This document shows positions 1-10,640 of a stretch of 64,000 nucleotides of DNA, piece by piece. A program made the position numbers and the translations under genes. The notes under the pieces were generated by a model. That model ran no database searches. It was not told the origin of the DNA and saw nothing but the letters and a program-made list of their open reading frames with translations. Location of the stretch: contig CAWAHW010000002.1 in NCBI GenBank assembly GCA_963781885.1, forward strand, positions 704,001-768,000, read 5' to 3'. Within the stretch, counting starts at the first letter, position 1, and each line of letters starts with the position of its first letter. The stretch is from an uncultured Spirochaetota bacterium (GTDB taxonomy: Bacteria; Spirochaetota; Spirochaetia; SZUA-6; Fen-1364).

Positions 1-920
1 GTCGCCTCGCCCTGGCTTCCCGAAGAGCGAAGAAGCGGCTGCCGGATGCGGCTTTCCCCGTTGACGAACTCGTAGCCGTAGCGGCCGCGGTCGCAGAGGA
101 AGTAGCCGTTCACCTCGCCGTTGTACCGGGTGCGCACGCGGCGCAGCATGCCGTAGCGCTCGCCGGGCACCGTGTTGCAGCCCACCGCGCAGTGCACGCA
201 CACCGACGGCGCCGTCTGCAGGTCCCACTTGCGCGTGTAGTGCGACTTCAGCGTCTTGTCGGTGAAGACCCCCGTGGGGCAGACCTCCACCAGGTTGCCG
301 CTGAACTCGTTCTCCAGCGCGCCGTCCTCCTTGCGGCCGAAGTAGACGGTGTCGTGCGCGCCGAGCACTTCCAGGTCCGTGCCGCCCGCGTAGTCGCGGT
401 AGAACCGCACGCAGCGGTAGCACTCGATGCAGCGGTTCATCTCGTGGGTGAGGAACGGGCCGAGGTCCTGGTTGCGGTGCGTGCGCTTCGTGAACCGGTA
501 GCGGCGGTAGTTGTGCCCGGTCATCACAACCATGTCTTGAAGATGGCACTCCCCGCCTTCATCGCAGATCGGGCAGTCGTGCGGATGATTCACCATGAGC
601 CATTCGGTGACCTGCCCGCGGAATGCCCGGGCCTCGGGATCCTCTATGGAGAGGCGCATGCCGTCGGTCACCGGCGTCATGCAGGACATGACGATCCTGC
701 CGCGGGTGTCCGCGTCGTCCTTGAACAGCTTCACGGCGCACTGCCGGCAGGCGCCCACGGAGTGCAGGGCCGGGTGCCAGCAGAAGTAGGGGAGATTCAG
801 GCCCAGGGAGAGGCAGACGTGGAGGAGGTTCTTGCCCTCCGCTTCCACCGTGTACTGCCGGCCGTCTATGGAAAGACGAATCGCGCCCGCTCTCGCGGTC
901 GCAGGGGTGAATGTATTCAT
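1..920 (-). CDS. nuoG: NADH-quinone oxidoreductase subunit G (3' end runs off the window)
   Basis: Translated by hand from ATG 920 (ATGA overlap with the nuoF stop): [65 protein letters not shown]...FLCDRGRYG. These are the NuoG Fe-S motifs, closely resembling E. coli NuoG. Confidence 0.97.
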   Translation of the reverse strand, partial: MNTFTPATARAGAIRLSIDGRQYTVEAEGKNLLHVCLSLGLNLPYFCWHPALHSVGACRQCAVKLFKDDADTRGRIVMSCMTPVTDGMRLSIEDPEARAFRGQVTEWLMVNHPHDCPICDEGGECHLQDMVVMTGHNYRRYRFTKRTHRNQDLGPFLTHEMNRCIECYRCVRFYRDYAGGTDLEVLGAHDTVYFGRKEDGALENEFSGNLVEVCPTGVFTDKTLKSHYTRKWDLQTAPSVCVHCAVGCNTVPGERYGMLRRVRTRYNGEVNGYFLCDRGRYGYEFVNGESRIRQPLLRSSGSQGEA

Positions 921-2197
921 TTCCAGGGACACCTCTTCTCACGCACGTGCTGCTCGAAATCTTCGCGGAAGAGCTTCAGCGCGCTGCCCAGCGGCTCAAC
1001 GGCGCCGGGGGCAAGGGCGCAGAATGTGCGGCCGGGGGCAAGCAGGCCGACGTGCTGCTCCAGTATCTCGAGGTCCTTCGCCTCGCCCTTGCCCTGCTCC
1101 AGCGCCTCCAGTGTCCGTGCCACCCACGGGAGGCCTTCCCGGCAGGGGGTGCAGAAACCGCAGGATTCGCGCGCGAAGAACCGCTCCAGTGTCAGCACCA
1201 TGCCCACGGGGCAGGTGTGATCGTCAAGGACGATCATGGTGCCGGTGCCCAGGCGGCTGCCCGCCTTTGCCACGGAATCGAAATCGAGCTTCACGTCGAG
1301 CTGCGCCGGGGAGAGGAAATCCGTGGAGGCGCCGCCGGGGATGAGGCCGCGAAGCGTGCAGCCGTCCTGCATGCCGCCGGCAAGATCCAGGAGCTCGCGG
1401 ATGGTCGTGCCCATGGGAAGCTCCCAGAGCCCGGGCTTCTTCACCTTGCCGCTCACGCCGTAGATCTTCGTTCCTGCGTCCGTGGAAACGCTGAGCGCCT
1501 TGTACCATTCCGCGCTCTCACGCAGGATGTGCGGCACATTGGAGAGCGTCTCCACGTTGTTGACCACCGTGGGCCGGCCCCACAGGCCGCTCACCTGGGG
1601 AAAGGGCGGCTTGTTGCGCGGGGTGGGACGACGCCCCTCCAGCGCGTTGAGAAGCCCGCTTTCTTCCCCGCACATGTAGCGGCCGGCGCTGAGGTGCATC
1701 CGCACCGAGATGCTCCAGGGCGTGCCCAGGATGCGTTGCCCGATGTAGCCTTTTTCCGTTGCTTCCGCGATCGCTTTCACGATCGCCCTTTCGCACTGGG
1801 TGTATTCGCGGCGGAGGAAGACGTAGGCGATGTCCGCCTGGACCGCCCATGCCGCGATCAGGAGACCCTCCACGAGCTGGTGGGGGTTGCCCTCCATGAG
1901 CCACCGGTCCTTCATGGTGCCCGGCTCTTTTTCGTCCGCGTTCACCACGAGGTAGCGATGCCCCGTCGGGTCGACCCCGACGCTCGTCACCATCGGCACG
2001 AAGCTCCACTTCATGCCGGTGGGAAATCCCGCGCCGCCGCGGCCGCGCAGACCGGCGGCAGTGACCGCCTGCTGCACCTGCACGGGCGTCATGGAGAGCG
2101 CCTTGCGCAGACCCTGGTATCCGCCCACCGCCTCGTAGGCGGCAAGGGGCAGGGCCGCGCGGTCAGGGCGTATGTCAGCCGTGAGCGGTGTGAGCAT
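917..2197 (-). CDS. nuoF: NADH-quinone oxidoreductase subunit F
   Basis: [36 protein letters not shown] and [12 protein letters not shown] motifs. ATG 2197 follows a purine-rich RBS. Confidence 0.97.
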   Translation of the reverse strand: MLTPLTADIRPDRAALPLAAYEAVGGYQGLRKALSMTPVQVQQAVTAAGLRGRGGAGFPTGMKWSFVPMVTSVGVDPTGHRYLVVNADEKEPGTMKDRWLMEGNPHQLVEGLLIAAWAVQADIAYVFLRREYTQCERAIVKAIAEATEKGYIGQRILGTPWSISVRMHLSAGRYMCGEESGLLNALEGRRPTPRNKPPFPQVSGLWGRPTVVNNVETLSNVPHILRESAEWYKALSVSTDAGTKIYGVSGKVKKPGLWELPMGTTIRELLDLAGGMQDGCTLRGLIPGGASTDFLSPAQLDVKLDFDSVAKAGSRLGTGTMIVLDDHTCPVGMVLTLERFFARESCGFCTPCREGLPWVARTLEALEQGKGEAKDLEILEQHVGLLAPGRTFCALAPGAVEPLGSALKLFREDFEQHVREKRCPWK

Positions 2198-2687
2198 CTG
2201 TCCTTGTCCCCTCCGCATCCCGCGGCGCCAGGCCGTCGAGTATCTCGTCCGCCCGGTCGGGCGTGAGATGGTCGTAGAGTTTTCCGTCGATCATCATGGC
2301 AGGTCCGACATCGCAGGCTCCGAGGCAGCCGATCGGGAGGAGCGTGAAACGGCCGTCGCTCGTCGTCTCCCCGTAGCCGATCCCCAAGCGCCGGGAGAGA
2401 TGGGAGAGGATGTTCTGCTCGCCGGTGATCCAGCAGCTCACGCTGTCGCAGAGCAGGATGACGTGCTTTCCCACGGGGCGGCGGAAGATCAGCTCGTAGA
2501 AGGTGGCGATCCCCTCAACCTCCGCCACGCTCATGCCGAGTGCCTGCGCGACGTCGGCGATGGATTCGTCGGAAACCCAGCCGCGGCTTTCCTGCACGAT
2601 GAGGAGCGCTTCAGAGACGGCGGCCCTGCGCTGCTCGTGCAGCCCCGCCTCCGCATCGATCCTCTCCCTCTCACGCTCGCTCAGCAT
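2175..2687 (-). CDS. nuoE: NADH-quinone oxidoreductase subunit E
   Basis: 2Fe-2S ligands CDSVSC and CLGAC; position in the nuo operon. Confidence 0.96.
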   Translation of the reverse strand: MLSERERERIDAEAGLHEQRRAAVSEALLIVQESRGWVSDESIADVAQALGMSVAEVEGIATFYELIFRRPVGKHVILLCDSVSCWITGEQNILSHLSRRLGIGYGETTSDGRFTLLPIGCLGACDVGPAMMIDGKLYDHLTPDRADEILDGLAPRDAEGTRTDAHTAHG

Positions 2688-2699
2688 GCCGCCTCTCTT

Positions 2700-4448
2700 T
2701 CACCTGTCGATGTCCGCAAGGACGTAGTCGATGCTCCCGAGGATGGCGACCAGGTCGGGCACGGTCAGGCCGCGGCTCAGGAGCGGAACCATCTGCGTGT
2801 GCGCGAAGGACGGCGTGCGGATGCGCGTGCGGTAGCTCATGGTGCCGCCGTCGGACACGAGGTAGTACATGTGATTTCCCTTGGAGCCTTCCGCCACGGC
2901 ACACGCCTCGCCGGGGGGGATCACCGGTCCCCAGCTCACGCCGAGGAAATGCGTGATGAGCGTCTCGATGTCGTGCATCGTCCGTTCCTTGCGGGGCGGC
3001 GTCGCCAGGGGATGGTCCGACTTGTATGGACCGGCCGGCATGTTGGCAAGGCACTGCTCGATGATGCGGAGGCTCTGGCGCATCTCCTCCACGTGCACGA
3101 CGAGTCTGTCATAGCTGTCACCGTGCGTCGCGGTGACCGAGTCGAAAGAGAACCTTTCGTAGCCGCCGTAGGGCCGCTTCTTGCGCAGGTCCCAATCCAC
3201 GCCGGACGCGCGGAGCATCGGGCCCGATGCGCCCCACGCCACCGCCTCCTCCGCGGAGAGAAGCCCGATGCCGACGGTCCGTGCCTTCACGAGCCTGCTC
3301 TTCATGACGGCGCCGTCGTAGTCCTTGAGCCGCTTCCGCATGTAGCGCACGAAGTCCCCCACCATGGTGTCCCAGCCCTCCGGCAGGTCATGCGCCACGC
3401 CGCCGATGCGGAACCACGCCGGGTGCATGCGGCCGCCCGTGACCGCTTCCACGATGTCGAATGCCCGCTCGCGGTCCGTGAACATCCAGAACACCGGCGA
3501 CATCTGGCCGATGTCCGCCGTGTAGGTGCCGTAGTAGACGAGGTGGCTGATGATGCGGAAAAGCTCCGCCATCATGACGCGTATCACGAGCGCGCGGTCC
3601 GGAATCTTTATGCCGGCAAGCTTTTCCACCGCCAGCACGTAGGGGAAGTTGTTCAGCAGTCCGCCGAGATAGTCGATGCGGTCCGTGTACGGGATGTACG
3701 TGTGCCAGGTCTGGCGCTCCCCCATTTTCTCCGCGCCGCGATGATGGAAGCCGATCTCGGGCACCAGGTCGATGATCTCCTCCCCGTCGAGCTGGACCAC
3801 TAGGCGGATGACGCCGTGCGTCGACGGATGCTGGGGCCCGATGTTGAGGAACATGTACTGCCGGTCCCCGCTCTCCCGCTTCATGCCCCATTCCTCGGGG
3901 TTGAACTCCAGGGTGGCGAGCATCTTCTGGGCCTCTTCCGACGTCATGTGGAAAGGCTCCATTTCCGTTGCCCGCGCGGGATGCTCTTTCCGCAGTGGAT
4001 GCCCTTCCCACCACGGGGGAAGGAGGATGCGCTTCAAGTGGGGGTGGCCTTCCACCGTGATGCCGAACATGTCCCAGACCTCGCGCTCGTACCAGTTCGC
4101 GTTGGGCCACAGGTCGGTGACGGTGCGGATGGAAGGATGCTCTCCGTGGAGGGCGACCTTCACCCGCACGTCCTGGTTGTGCTCCAGCGAGACGAGGTGA
4201 TAGATGACGCTGAAGTCGGCCGCCGGCTGGCCTTCGCGGTGCGCGCGCAACCTTTCGTCGATTGCGGTGATGTCCAGGAGCATCGCATGGGCGCCGCCGG
4301 CAGGGCTTTTCAGCCACGCGAGCACGTCGCGGAACCGGTCCGCCCCGGCCCAGAGAGTGGGGATGAGGTCCTGCGTCGGCTGGACGACGATGGCGTCCGC
4401 GCCGAAACGGTTGGAGAGCTCAAGCAGCATGTCTGTCGTTGCGATCAT
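2700..4448 (-). CDS. nuoCD: Fused NADH-quinone oxidoreductase subunit C/D
   Basis: NuoC motif [12 protein letters not shown]...GHPLRKE is fused to NuoD motifs [20 protein letters not shown] and DYVLADIDR. Confidence 0.97.
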   Translation of the reverse strand: MIATTDMLLELSNRFGADAIVVQPTQDLIPTLWAGADRFRDVLAWLKSPAGGAHAMLLDITAIDERLRAHREGQPAADFSVIYHLVSLEHNQDVRVKVALHGEHPSIRTVTDLWPNANWYEREVWDMFGITVEGHPHLKRILLPPWWEGHPLRKEHPARATEMEPFHMTSEEAQKMLATLEFNPEEWGMKRESGDRQYMFLNIGPQHPSTHGVIRLVVQLDGEEIIDLVPEIGFHHRGAEKMGERQTWHTYIPYTDRIDYLGGLLNNFPYVLAVEKLAGIKIPDRALVIRVMMAELFRIISHLVYYGTYTADIGQMSPVFWMFTDRERAFDIVEAVTGGRMHPAWFRIGGVAHDLPEGWDTMVGDFVRYMRKRLKDYDGAVMKSRLVKARTVGIGLLSAEEAVAWGASGPMLRASGVDWDLRKKRPYGGYERFSFDSVTATHGDSYDRLVVHVEEMRQSLRIIEQCLANMPAGPYKSDHPLATPPRKERTMHDIETLITHFLGVSWGPVIPPGEACAVAEGSKGNHMYYLVSDGGTMSYRTRIRTPSFAHTQMVPLLSRGLTVPDLVAILGSIDYVLADIDR

Positions 4449-4477
4449 CTCCCCATCTCCCGCGACCCGAAAATCGG

Positions 4478-5101
4478 TCAGATGCCGTCTGGCGAGCGCA
4501 GGTCCGTCTGCTTCTGGCGTTCGGGACGCATCTGGTCCCGGAGGGACGGCTTCACCGTCCGCACGACGCCCTGCGGTCCCACGACCCAGGAAAGCGGCCT
4601 TTTTTCCGTTGCCACTGCCTCACCGAGGAGCACGAGGCCGCGCATGAATGCGTCCGGGCTCGGCGGGCAGCCCTGGACATAGACGTCAACGGGAAGGAAG
4701 GAATCCACGCCCTGCACGACGCTGTAGATGTCGTACATGCCGCCGGATCCCGCGCACGAGCCCATGCAGAGCACCCAGCGGGGCTGCATCATCTGCTCGT
4801 ACATGTGGAGCACCAGGGGCGCCATCTTCTTGAACACGGTGCCTGCCACGACCATGACGTCGGCCTCGCGCGGGGAGCCGCGGAGGATCTCCGAGCCGAA
4901 ACGAGCGATGTCATACTTGCTCGTGATGGCCGTTGCCATCTCCACGTAGCAGCAGGACAGGCCGAAGTTGAACGGCCACATCGAGTACTTTCTCCCCCAG
5001 GCGATGAGGTCATGACGCTTCGCAAGGTATACGTCGTTGCCGGACGAAACCGGATACTGCAACCGCGCGCCGCGGGGGAGTGTCGTTTTCTTAGCCTGCA
5101 C
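4478..5101 (-). CDS. nuoB: NADH-quinone oxidoreductase subunit B
   Basis: [17 protein letters not shown] and [10 protein letters not shown] motifs. Confidence 0.96.
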   Translation of the reverse strand: MQAKKTTLPRGARLQYPVSSGNDVYLAKRHDLIAWGRKYSMWPFNFGLSCCYVEMATAITSKYDIARFGSEILRGSPREADVMVVAGTVFKKMAPLVLHMYEQMMQPRWVLCMGSCAGSGGMYDIYSVVQGVDSFLPVDVYVQGCPPSPDAFMRGLVLLGEAVATEKRPLSWVVGPQGVVRTVKPSLRDQMRPERQKQTDLRSPDGI

Positions 5102-5495
5102 TGTTCATCCCATGCCTTTCCCGGTGCTCCCGCAGCCGTTGCGCTCCCCTGTTGAATGCGCCGCGGCGCCAGAGGTAGGCGAGGCCCGCCGTGGTCTCCG
5201 CCATGAAGACCAGGGCCGCGACGTAGCCGGGCCAGCCCAGCTCCCGTGCCGCAACGGCCCAGGCGAACAGGAACGCCGCCGAGATGTCGAAGATGACGAA
5301 GAACATCGCGATGAGATAAAAGTCGGCTGACAGCCGCAGACGGGCCGAGCCGGTGATGGGGACGCCCGATTCGTATGGTTTCCCCGTGCCGCGATCGAAA
5401 TGGCGCTCACCCGAGAGGTGGGTCACCACCATGAGAACGCCGACGAGGACAATGACCAATCCAAGGTAGACGGCCAAGGAAACAATTCCGCTCAT
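5091..5495 (-). CDS. nuoA: NADH-quinone oxidoreductase subunit A
   Basis: Three hydrophobic segments, PYESG and [12 protein letters not shown]; first gene of the nuo operon. Confidence 0.95.
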   Translation of the reverse strand: MSGIVSLAVYLGLVIVLVGVLMVVTHLSGERHFDRGTGKPYESGVPITGSARLRLSADFYLIAMFFVIFDISAAFLFAWAVAARELGWPGYVAALVFMAETTAGLAYLWRRGAFNRGAQRLREHRERHGMNSAG

Positions 5496-5525
5496 CTAAG
5501 CTCCCGGCGCCTGTGGCCGGTGTCA

Positions 5526-5554
5526 AATCTATCGAAGGCCGGGCGGGGAGTCAA
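5526..5554 (-). promoter_or_regulatory. Sigma70-type promoter of the nuo operon
   Basis: TTGACT-17 nt-TAGATT on the minus strand upstream of nuoA. Confidence 0.6.
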
Positions 5555-6424
5555 GGAATCGTGGGAGATATCACGTATTCCACCAGATCGTGGAGGGAAT
5601 CGCGGTGGGGACCGTCGGACAGCGTGCCGATGAGCTCCCGGGCCCGGGCGGCATGCGCGGCGGTCGTCGCCGGCAGGTCGATCCTTTCGTCAAGGCCGTG
5701 GTCCTTGTCGACCAGGTCGTCCGCCATTTGGAACGCGAGGCCGAAATCCAGCCCGAGCTGCCCCATGCAGTCCTGCTGGGCGGCCGGCACGCCGCAGAGC
5801 AGCGCGGCCGTCCGGCAACAGGCGGCGAAGAGCACGGCCGTCTTGTCGGTGGCGATCTCGATGTATTCCGCAAGCGTGAGGGGGCGGTGCGCCGCCGCGA
5901 CCTCCTGCGCGATGATCTCCCCCATGCACATCGCCTTCGTCGTGTCGAGGAAGATGTCCAGGAGCGCGAAACGCTCGGCGGGCGGGATGCGGCTCATGCC
6001 CGGTGATCACGGAGAAGAAATGGGTGTAGAGGATGTCGCCGGCGAGCACCGCGACGCGGTTGCCGAATTTGCGGTTCAGGCTCACCTGGTTGCGGCGCGA
6101 ATCCGCGTTGTCGATGATGTCGTCGTGCACGAGGGAGGCCGCGTGGAGGACTTCCACGGCGCCGGCCAATGCGATGAGCGACTCCTGGTCGGGCGCATGC
6201 GCCCCGGGCGTGGATTGCACGGCGCGCGCCGTGAGGAGCACGAGCGCCGGTCGTATCCTCTTGCCGGGGACGGCGAACGGGTGCTGGACGATCCCCTCCA
6301 GGATGTGGGCCTTGCCTCTGGCCGCGGCCGTCTGACTGGCCACCCGCTTCATCAGGGCGCGAAGCCCCGCGTCCACCGATTTCATTTCCTCCGAGACAGG
6401 TGAGAAGATGCGCGCAAGATCCAT
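5551..6424 (-). CDS. Polyprenyl diphosphate synthase (menaquinone side chain); one apparent +1 frameshift at about 6000
   Basis: GKRIRP and LVHDDIID (FARM) lie in ORF 5690-6424; KTAVLF and FQMADDLVD (SARM) lie in ORF 5551-5997. Removing one G from ACC-GGG-CATG joins them. Confidence 0.88.
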
Positions 6425-7195
6425 TCAGACGCCCCCTCGATGATGAGCCGTCCCCCCCGGCACGCGCCCGACGTGCAGGTACGCGGTGCCGAATGTGAGC
6501 CGGTGAAACCGGACCGCCTCCAGACCCGCGTCCGCCATGAGCGCGGCAAGTCTCCGGGGGGCGGGGAAATGCATGATCGAGTCGCCGAGATAGTGGTAGG
6601 TGCCGGTGCGGGGCTGCAGGAGTGCCGCCATGCGCGGGAGAACCTTCCGCAAGTAGAAGCCGTAAACCGGTCGGAAAAAGGCGGACGGATCGTAGGTCAT
6701 CTCGAGCACCATGACCCGGCCGCCCGGCCTTGTCACCCGGGCCATCTCCCGCAGGGCGCCGAGCTTGTCGGGTATGTTGCGCAGCCCGAAGGCGATGGCG
6801 GAAACGTCGAATGAATGGTCGGCCAGGGGGAGGGACAGGGCGTCCGCTGCAAGCAGGCGTATCCTGCCCGACAGCCCCGCCTCCTGCACCTTGCGCGTCC
6901 CGATGCGGAGCATGCGCGCGGCGGTGTCGACACCCGTCACGGCGATGCCGCCGTGACGGCGCGCGGCGGCAAGGGCGAGGTCCGCCGTGCCCGTCGCGAC
7001 GTCGAGGAAACTGCCTGACGGCCCGAATCTCATCGCCCTGGTCGCCGCGTTTCTCCAGCCGACGTCGCGTCGGAAGCTCAGGAGGTGGTTCATCAGGTCG
7101 TAGCGCCGATGAACGGTGCTGAAGATGTCCCGGACCACCGCCTTGTGGGCATCGGGGCTCAGGGTCGAGACAGGCGGATAGCGTTTCTCCCTCAT
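6425..7195 (-). CDS. menG: Demethylmenaquinone methyltransferase (UbiE/MenG family)
   Basis: YDLMNHLLS, LDVATGTADLA, FGLRN and EMARVTRPGG motifs. ATG 7195 overlaps the menA stop. Confidence 0.92.
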   Translation of the reverse strand: MREKRYPPVSTLSPDAHKAVVRDIFSTVHRRYDLMNHLLSFRRDVGWRNAATRAMRFGPSGSFLDVATGTADLALAAARRHGGIAVTGVDTAARMLRIGTRKVQEAGLSGRIRLLAADALSLPLADHSFDVSAIAFGLRNIPDKLGALREMARVTRPGGRVMVLEMTYDPSAFFRPVYGFYLRKVLPRMAALLQPRTGTYHYLGDSIMHFPAPRRLAALMADAGLEAVRFHRLTFGTAYLHVGRVPGGTAHHRGGV

Positions 7196-8094
7196 CCGAG
7201 GAAGAGCCCCAGCGCCAGGAGGAGGTTGAAGGACAGGTGGAGGAAGAAGGTGTTCATGTTGGCATCCACCAGCTTTTTGTCGTCCGTGTAATGCGCACGG
7301 GAGACCCGGAATGCGCCGACGGCGAAGGGCGCGCTCAGGAACGCGAGGAGCGCCCACACGGGCAGGACGCCGGCAACGACAAAAGCTGCCACCCAAAGGT
7401 AGGAAAAGGCAAGCGCGCCCTGGAATGCCACGAGCGCGCGCGGCTTTCCCAGGATGACGACCAGCGTCCGCTTGCCCACCGCCTTGTCGGCGTCATGATC
7501 GGGAAACTCGTTGATCAGGAGGAGCGCGGCCAGGAGGATTCCCGGCGGCACCGATGCAATGAAGGCGGTTGTCGACCACAGCGGCGCCTGCACCGCGAAG
7601 GCTCCCATCGCCACGAGCGGTCCGAAGGAGAGCCCGTTGAGGACCTCGGCGAGCCCCCGGTAACCCAGACGCAGGGGGGCGCCGGTATAGAAATAGGCGC
7701 AGAAGACCCCCAGGACGCCGATGGCAAGAAGGGGAAGGTTGCGCTGCGTCACGACGAGCCACAGCCCGATCAGAGAGCCTACGACGAGGCACGAAACCGC
7801 CGCCGCGAGGATCTGACGCGCGGGAAGGAGGCCATCCTGGATGACCCTGCTTCCGCCGCTGTACGCGCTGCCGCTCTGGTTCAGTGCGTCCGTCTCCGAC
7901 CGATAGTCGAAGTAGTCATTGGACATGTTGGCCCCGAGGTGGATCAGGACGCAGCCGAGAAGGGCCAGGAGAAACGGCAGCCAGGAGAAGCTTCCCGCCG
8001 CGAACCATGCCGCCGCGGTCCCGACGAGGACCGGCGCCACGGTCGCAGTAAGGAAGTGCGCGCGAAGCGCCGTGAACCACGCTCTTGCTTTCAA
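7192..8094 (-). CDS. menA: 1,4-dihydroxy-2-naphthoate prenyltransferase
   Basis: UbiA-family motifs NDYFDYRSETD, GGSRVI and INEFPDHDADKAVGKRTL with many TM segments. TTG start after GGGAGG; the longer ORF-track call extends into the antisense of the kinase gene. Confidence 0.92.
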   Translation of the reverse strand: MKARAWFTALRAHFLTATVAPVLVGTAAAWFAAGSFSWLPFLLALLGCVLIHLGANMSNDYFDYRSETDALNQSGSAYSGGSRVIQDGLLPARQILAAAVSCLVVGSLIGLWLVVTQRNLPLLAIGVLGVFCAYFYTGAPLRLGYRGLAEVLNGLSFGPLVAMGAFAVQAPLWSTTAFIASVPPGILLAALLLINEFPDHDADKAVGKRTLVVILGKPRALVAFQGALAFSYLWVAAFVVAGVLPVWALLAFLSAPFAVGAFRVSRAHYTDDKKLVDANMNTFFLHLSFNLLLALGLFLG

Positions 8095-8182
8095 CGGGAA
8101 CCTCCCGGTCACTATAGCACGGCCGCGCGACGAGCGAGAAGCGGTCGACCGCGGCGCCCGGCGGGGCGTTGAAGGGAACGGC

Positions 8183-8211
8183 TTGACGGCTTCAAGCCGC
8201 GCCCGTAGGAT
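8183..8211 (+). promoter_or_regulatory. Sigma70-type promoter of the hybrid kinase
   Basis: TTGACG-17 nt-TAGGAT. Confidence 0.55.
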
Positions 8212-8220
8212 GTTACGATT

Positions 8221-10455
8221 GTGACACCGCGACACGAAAAAATGCCGGCGGCGGACGAGCAGGAGCGCACGCGCGAGCTTCAGCGCCTGGTGGAGGACCG
8301 CGAGCGCGCCCATCGGGTCGACCACGAGCGCGCGGCGCGCCTCCAGCTGATCGCCGACATCGGGCAGCGGACCACCGCGATCCTTTCGCCGGCGGAGCTC
8401 CTCCAAAGCGCCATTTACGTCATTCGCGAATCGTTCCAGTACTTCATGGTGAGCATATTCCTCGTGGAGGGCAGCGACCTGCTCTGCGCTGCAACCACCC
8501 TGCCCGAGCTGCAGAAAGGCGTCGGGAAGCTGCGCCTCGGCATCGGTCGTGAGGGCATCATCGGCTGGGTGGCGGGGAGCGGGGTGCCGCTGAACGTGCC
8601 CGACGTGCGCAAGGACAGGCGCTACCGCTATGAGATGGACGCGGAGCTGCGCACCCGGTCTGAGCTCGCCGTGCCCATCATGCTCAAGGGGCTGGTGAGC
8701 GGCGTCCTGGACGCGCAGAGCGAAAAGGAAGACTCGTTCACGGAGCTCGACGTCTTTACCCTCCAGACCGTCGCGGGCCAGCTCGCCGTTGCCCTGGAGA
8801 ACGCCCGGCTCTACGACGCCCTGCAGGAGGAGCTTGCCGTGCGCCGGCGGACGGAAAAGCTGCTGCGCGTGCTGAACGACGTGGGTCTTGCCATGCAAAA
8901 GGCGCCGTTCCCGGACGCGGTCCTGGTCACCGTCGGCGTGGAGCTTGAAAAGGCGGGCCTCCTGTGCGCGCTCCATCTCCGGGAAGAGGCGGGGGGTCGG
9001 CTGATTCGGGCCTACGCAAGCCCCCGGCTCGCCGTGGAAGGCATCCACGGCGTGGCGGTCGACACGAAGGACGAGGCCGTCTTCCTCGCGGCGCAGGACG
9101 CGCGCGCGAGCTTCTCCGACGGAACGATCACCGCGCCGCTGCTCTTCGAGGACGGCCTGCTCGGATTCCTCACCGTCCAGTCGGCCGAGCTCAGCGGCGA
9201 GGACGTGCCGGCGATACAGGTCTTCGCGAACGAGATCGCCGCGGCGTGGAAAAAGACGCATCTCGTGCGCGAGCTCCAGCAGAGCGTGAAGGACCTGGGC
9301 AGCACGCAGGAGCAGCTCCTCCAGGCCCAGAAGATGGAGGCGGTGGGACGCCTGGCGGGCGGGGTGGCGCATGATTTCAACAACCAGCTCACCGCCATCA
9401 TGGGGTACGCCGACATGCTCGCGGCAAGCTTCGACCCCAGCGACCCGCGCGGCGCCGAGGTGGCGGAAATCCTGCGGGCGAGCGGCCGGGCGTCGGACCT
9501 CACGCGGCAGCTCCTCGCTTTCAGCAGACGGCAGGTCCTGCGGCTCCGCATCGTCGACCTCAACGGCCTCATCGCAGAGATGCGCGATATGCTGCGGCGA
9601 TTGATCGGCGAGGACGTGAAGCTCGAGACGCGCCTGTCCCCGGTCCCGCAGCGCGTGCGTGCCGACCCGTCGCAGATGGAGCAGGTGATCATGAACCTCG
9701 CGGTCAACGCCCGGGACGCGATGCCCGAGGGGGGAACGCTGGAGATCCTCACGGAACGCGTCACGCTGGAGGTGGTGGACACGGAAGGCGCACCGGGCGT
9801 CTCACCGGGCGATTACTGCGTCATGCGGGTCACGGATACCGGCACGGGCATGGGACCCGAGGTGCTGTCACGGCTTTTCGAGCCCTTTTTCACGACGAAG
9901 GAAAAGGGCAAGGGCACCGGGCTGGGCCTCTCCACCGCGTATGGCATCGTGCAGCAGAGCGGAGGCCACATCACCTGCCGCAGCGCACCCGGCCAGGGCA
10001 GCGTGTTCGTCATCCACCTGCCCGCCACGGATGAGCTTCCCGCGGAGACGGCGCAGGTCCCGTCCGCGGCTCCCACCGCCGCGGCCGGCGAAACCATCAT
10101 CGTCGTGGAGGACGATCCGTCCATCCGCGACATCGTGCGGCGCACCCTCTCCCGCGCGGGCTACAATGTCGTCACGGCGGATACGGGCACGGAAGGCATG
10201 GAGCTGCTCGCCCGGCACCCCGGGGTCCCCCTCGTCATCACCGACCTTGTCCTTCCGGGCAGCGTCCGCGGCATCGACATCGCCCGGCACGTGCTATCTG
10301 ACGCGCGGCCGACGCGGCTGCTCTGCATGTCGGGCTACTCGGAGCAGCTCGTTTCGGGCGCGGAAGGCCTTCTGCCGGATGGTGCATTCCTGGCGAAGCC
10401 TTTCACGCCCGCGGAGCTCGTCGCCCGGGTGAAGGAAATCCTGAGCTCGCGCTAG
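8221..10455 (+). CDS. Cytoplasmic GAF-domain hybrid sensor histidine kinase/response regulator
   Basis: GAF motif (SELAVPI...GVLD), H-box AHDFNN, N-box NLAVNARDAM, G-boxes DTGTGM and GKGTGLGL, and a C-terminal receiver (VVEDD, ITD, KPF). The start may be ATG 8242. Confidence 0.93.
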   Translation: MTPRHEKMPAADEQERTRELQRLVEDRERAHRVDHERAARLQLIADIGQRTTAILSPAELLQSAIYVIRESFQYFMVSIFLVEGSDLLCAATTLPELQKGVGKLRLGIGREGIIGWVAGSGVPLNVPDVRKDRRYRYEMDAELRTRSELAVPIMLKGLVSGVLDAQSEKEDSFTELDVFTLQTVAGQLAVALENARLYDALQEELAVRRRTEKLLRVLNDVGLAMQKAPFPDAVLVTVGVELEKAGLLCALHLREEAGGRLIRAYASPRLAVEGIHGVAVDTKDEAVFLAAQDARASFSDGTITAPLLFEDGLLGFLTVQSAELSGEDVPAIQVFANEIAAAWKKTHLVRELQQSVKDLGSTQEQLLQAQKMEAVGRLAGGVAHDFNNQLTAIMGYADMLAASFDPSDPRGAEVAEILRASGRASDLTRQLLAFSRRQVLRLRIVDLNGLIAEMRDMLRRLIGEDVKLETRLSPVPQRVRADPSQMEQVIMNLAVNARDAMPEGGTLEILTERVTLEVVDTEGAPGVSPGDYCVMRVTDTGTGMGPEVLSRLFEPFFTTKEKGKGTGLGLSTAYGIVQQSGGHITCRSAPGQGSVFVIHLPATDELPAETAQVPSAAPTAAAGETIIVVEDDPSIRDIVRRTLSRAGYNVVTADTGTEGMELLARHPGVPLVITDLVLPGSVRGIDIARHVLSDARPTRLLCMSGYSEQLVSGAEGLLPDGAFLAKPFTPAELVARVKEILSSR

Positions 10456-10588
10456 GCCGACGCGGTAGGCCGCGTCATTTGCCGACGCGGTGGGCCGCGT
10501 CATTTGCCGACGCGGTGGGCCGCGTCATTTGCCGACGCGGTAGGCCGCGTCATTTGCCGACGCGGTAGGCCGCGTCATTTGCCGACGC
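10456..10588. repeat. Tandem array of a 25-bp palindromic unit, 5 full copies plus a partial
   Basis: GCCGACGCGGTRGGCCGCGTCATTT starting at 10456, 10481, 10506, 10531 and 10556. Each unit contains the hairpin GACGCGG-TRGG-CCGCGTC. Confidence 0.97.
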
Positions 10589-10619
10589 AAAAAAAAGCCC
10601 GCCGCGTGAAGCGGCGGGC
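10589..10619 (-). terminator. Rho-independent terminator of ppdK
   Basis: On the minus strand GCCCGCCGC-TTCAC-GCGGCGGGC is followed by T8. Confidence 0.88.
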
Positions 10620-10640
10620 CACATCTTCTGCGATCGGGCG

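Noticed and set aside
8095-9372. Apparent 726-aa MenA with a long N-terminal extension
   Set aside because: The extension is the antisense of the histidine kinase. A TTG with RBS at 8094 gives a normal MenA.
10456-10588. Possible CRISPR array (also 21606-21761 and 56300-56516)
   Set aside because: Units are directly head-to-tail with no unique spacers, and no cas genes are present.
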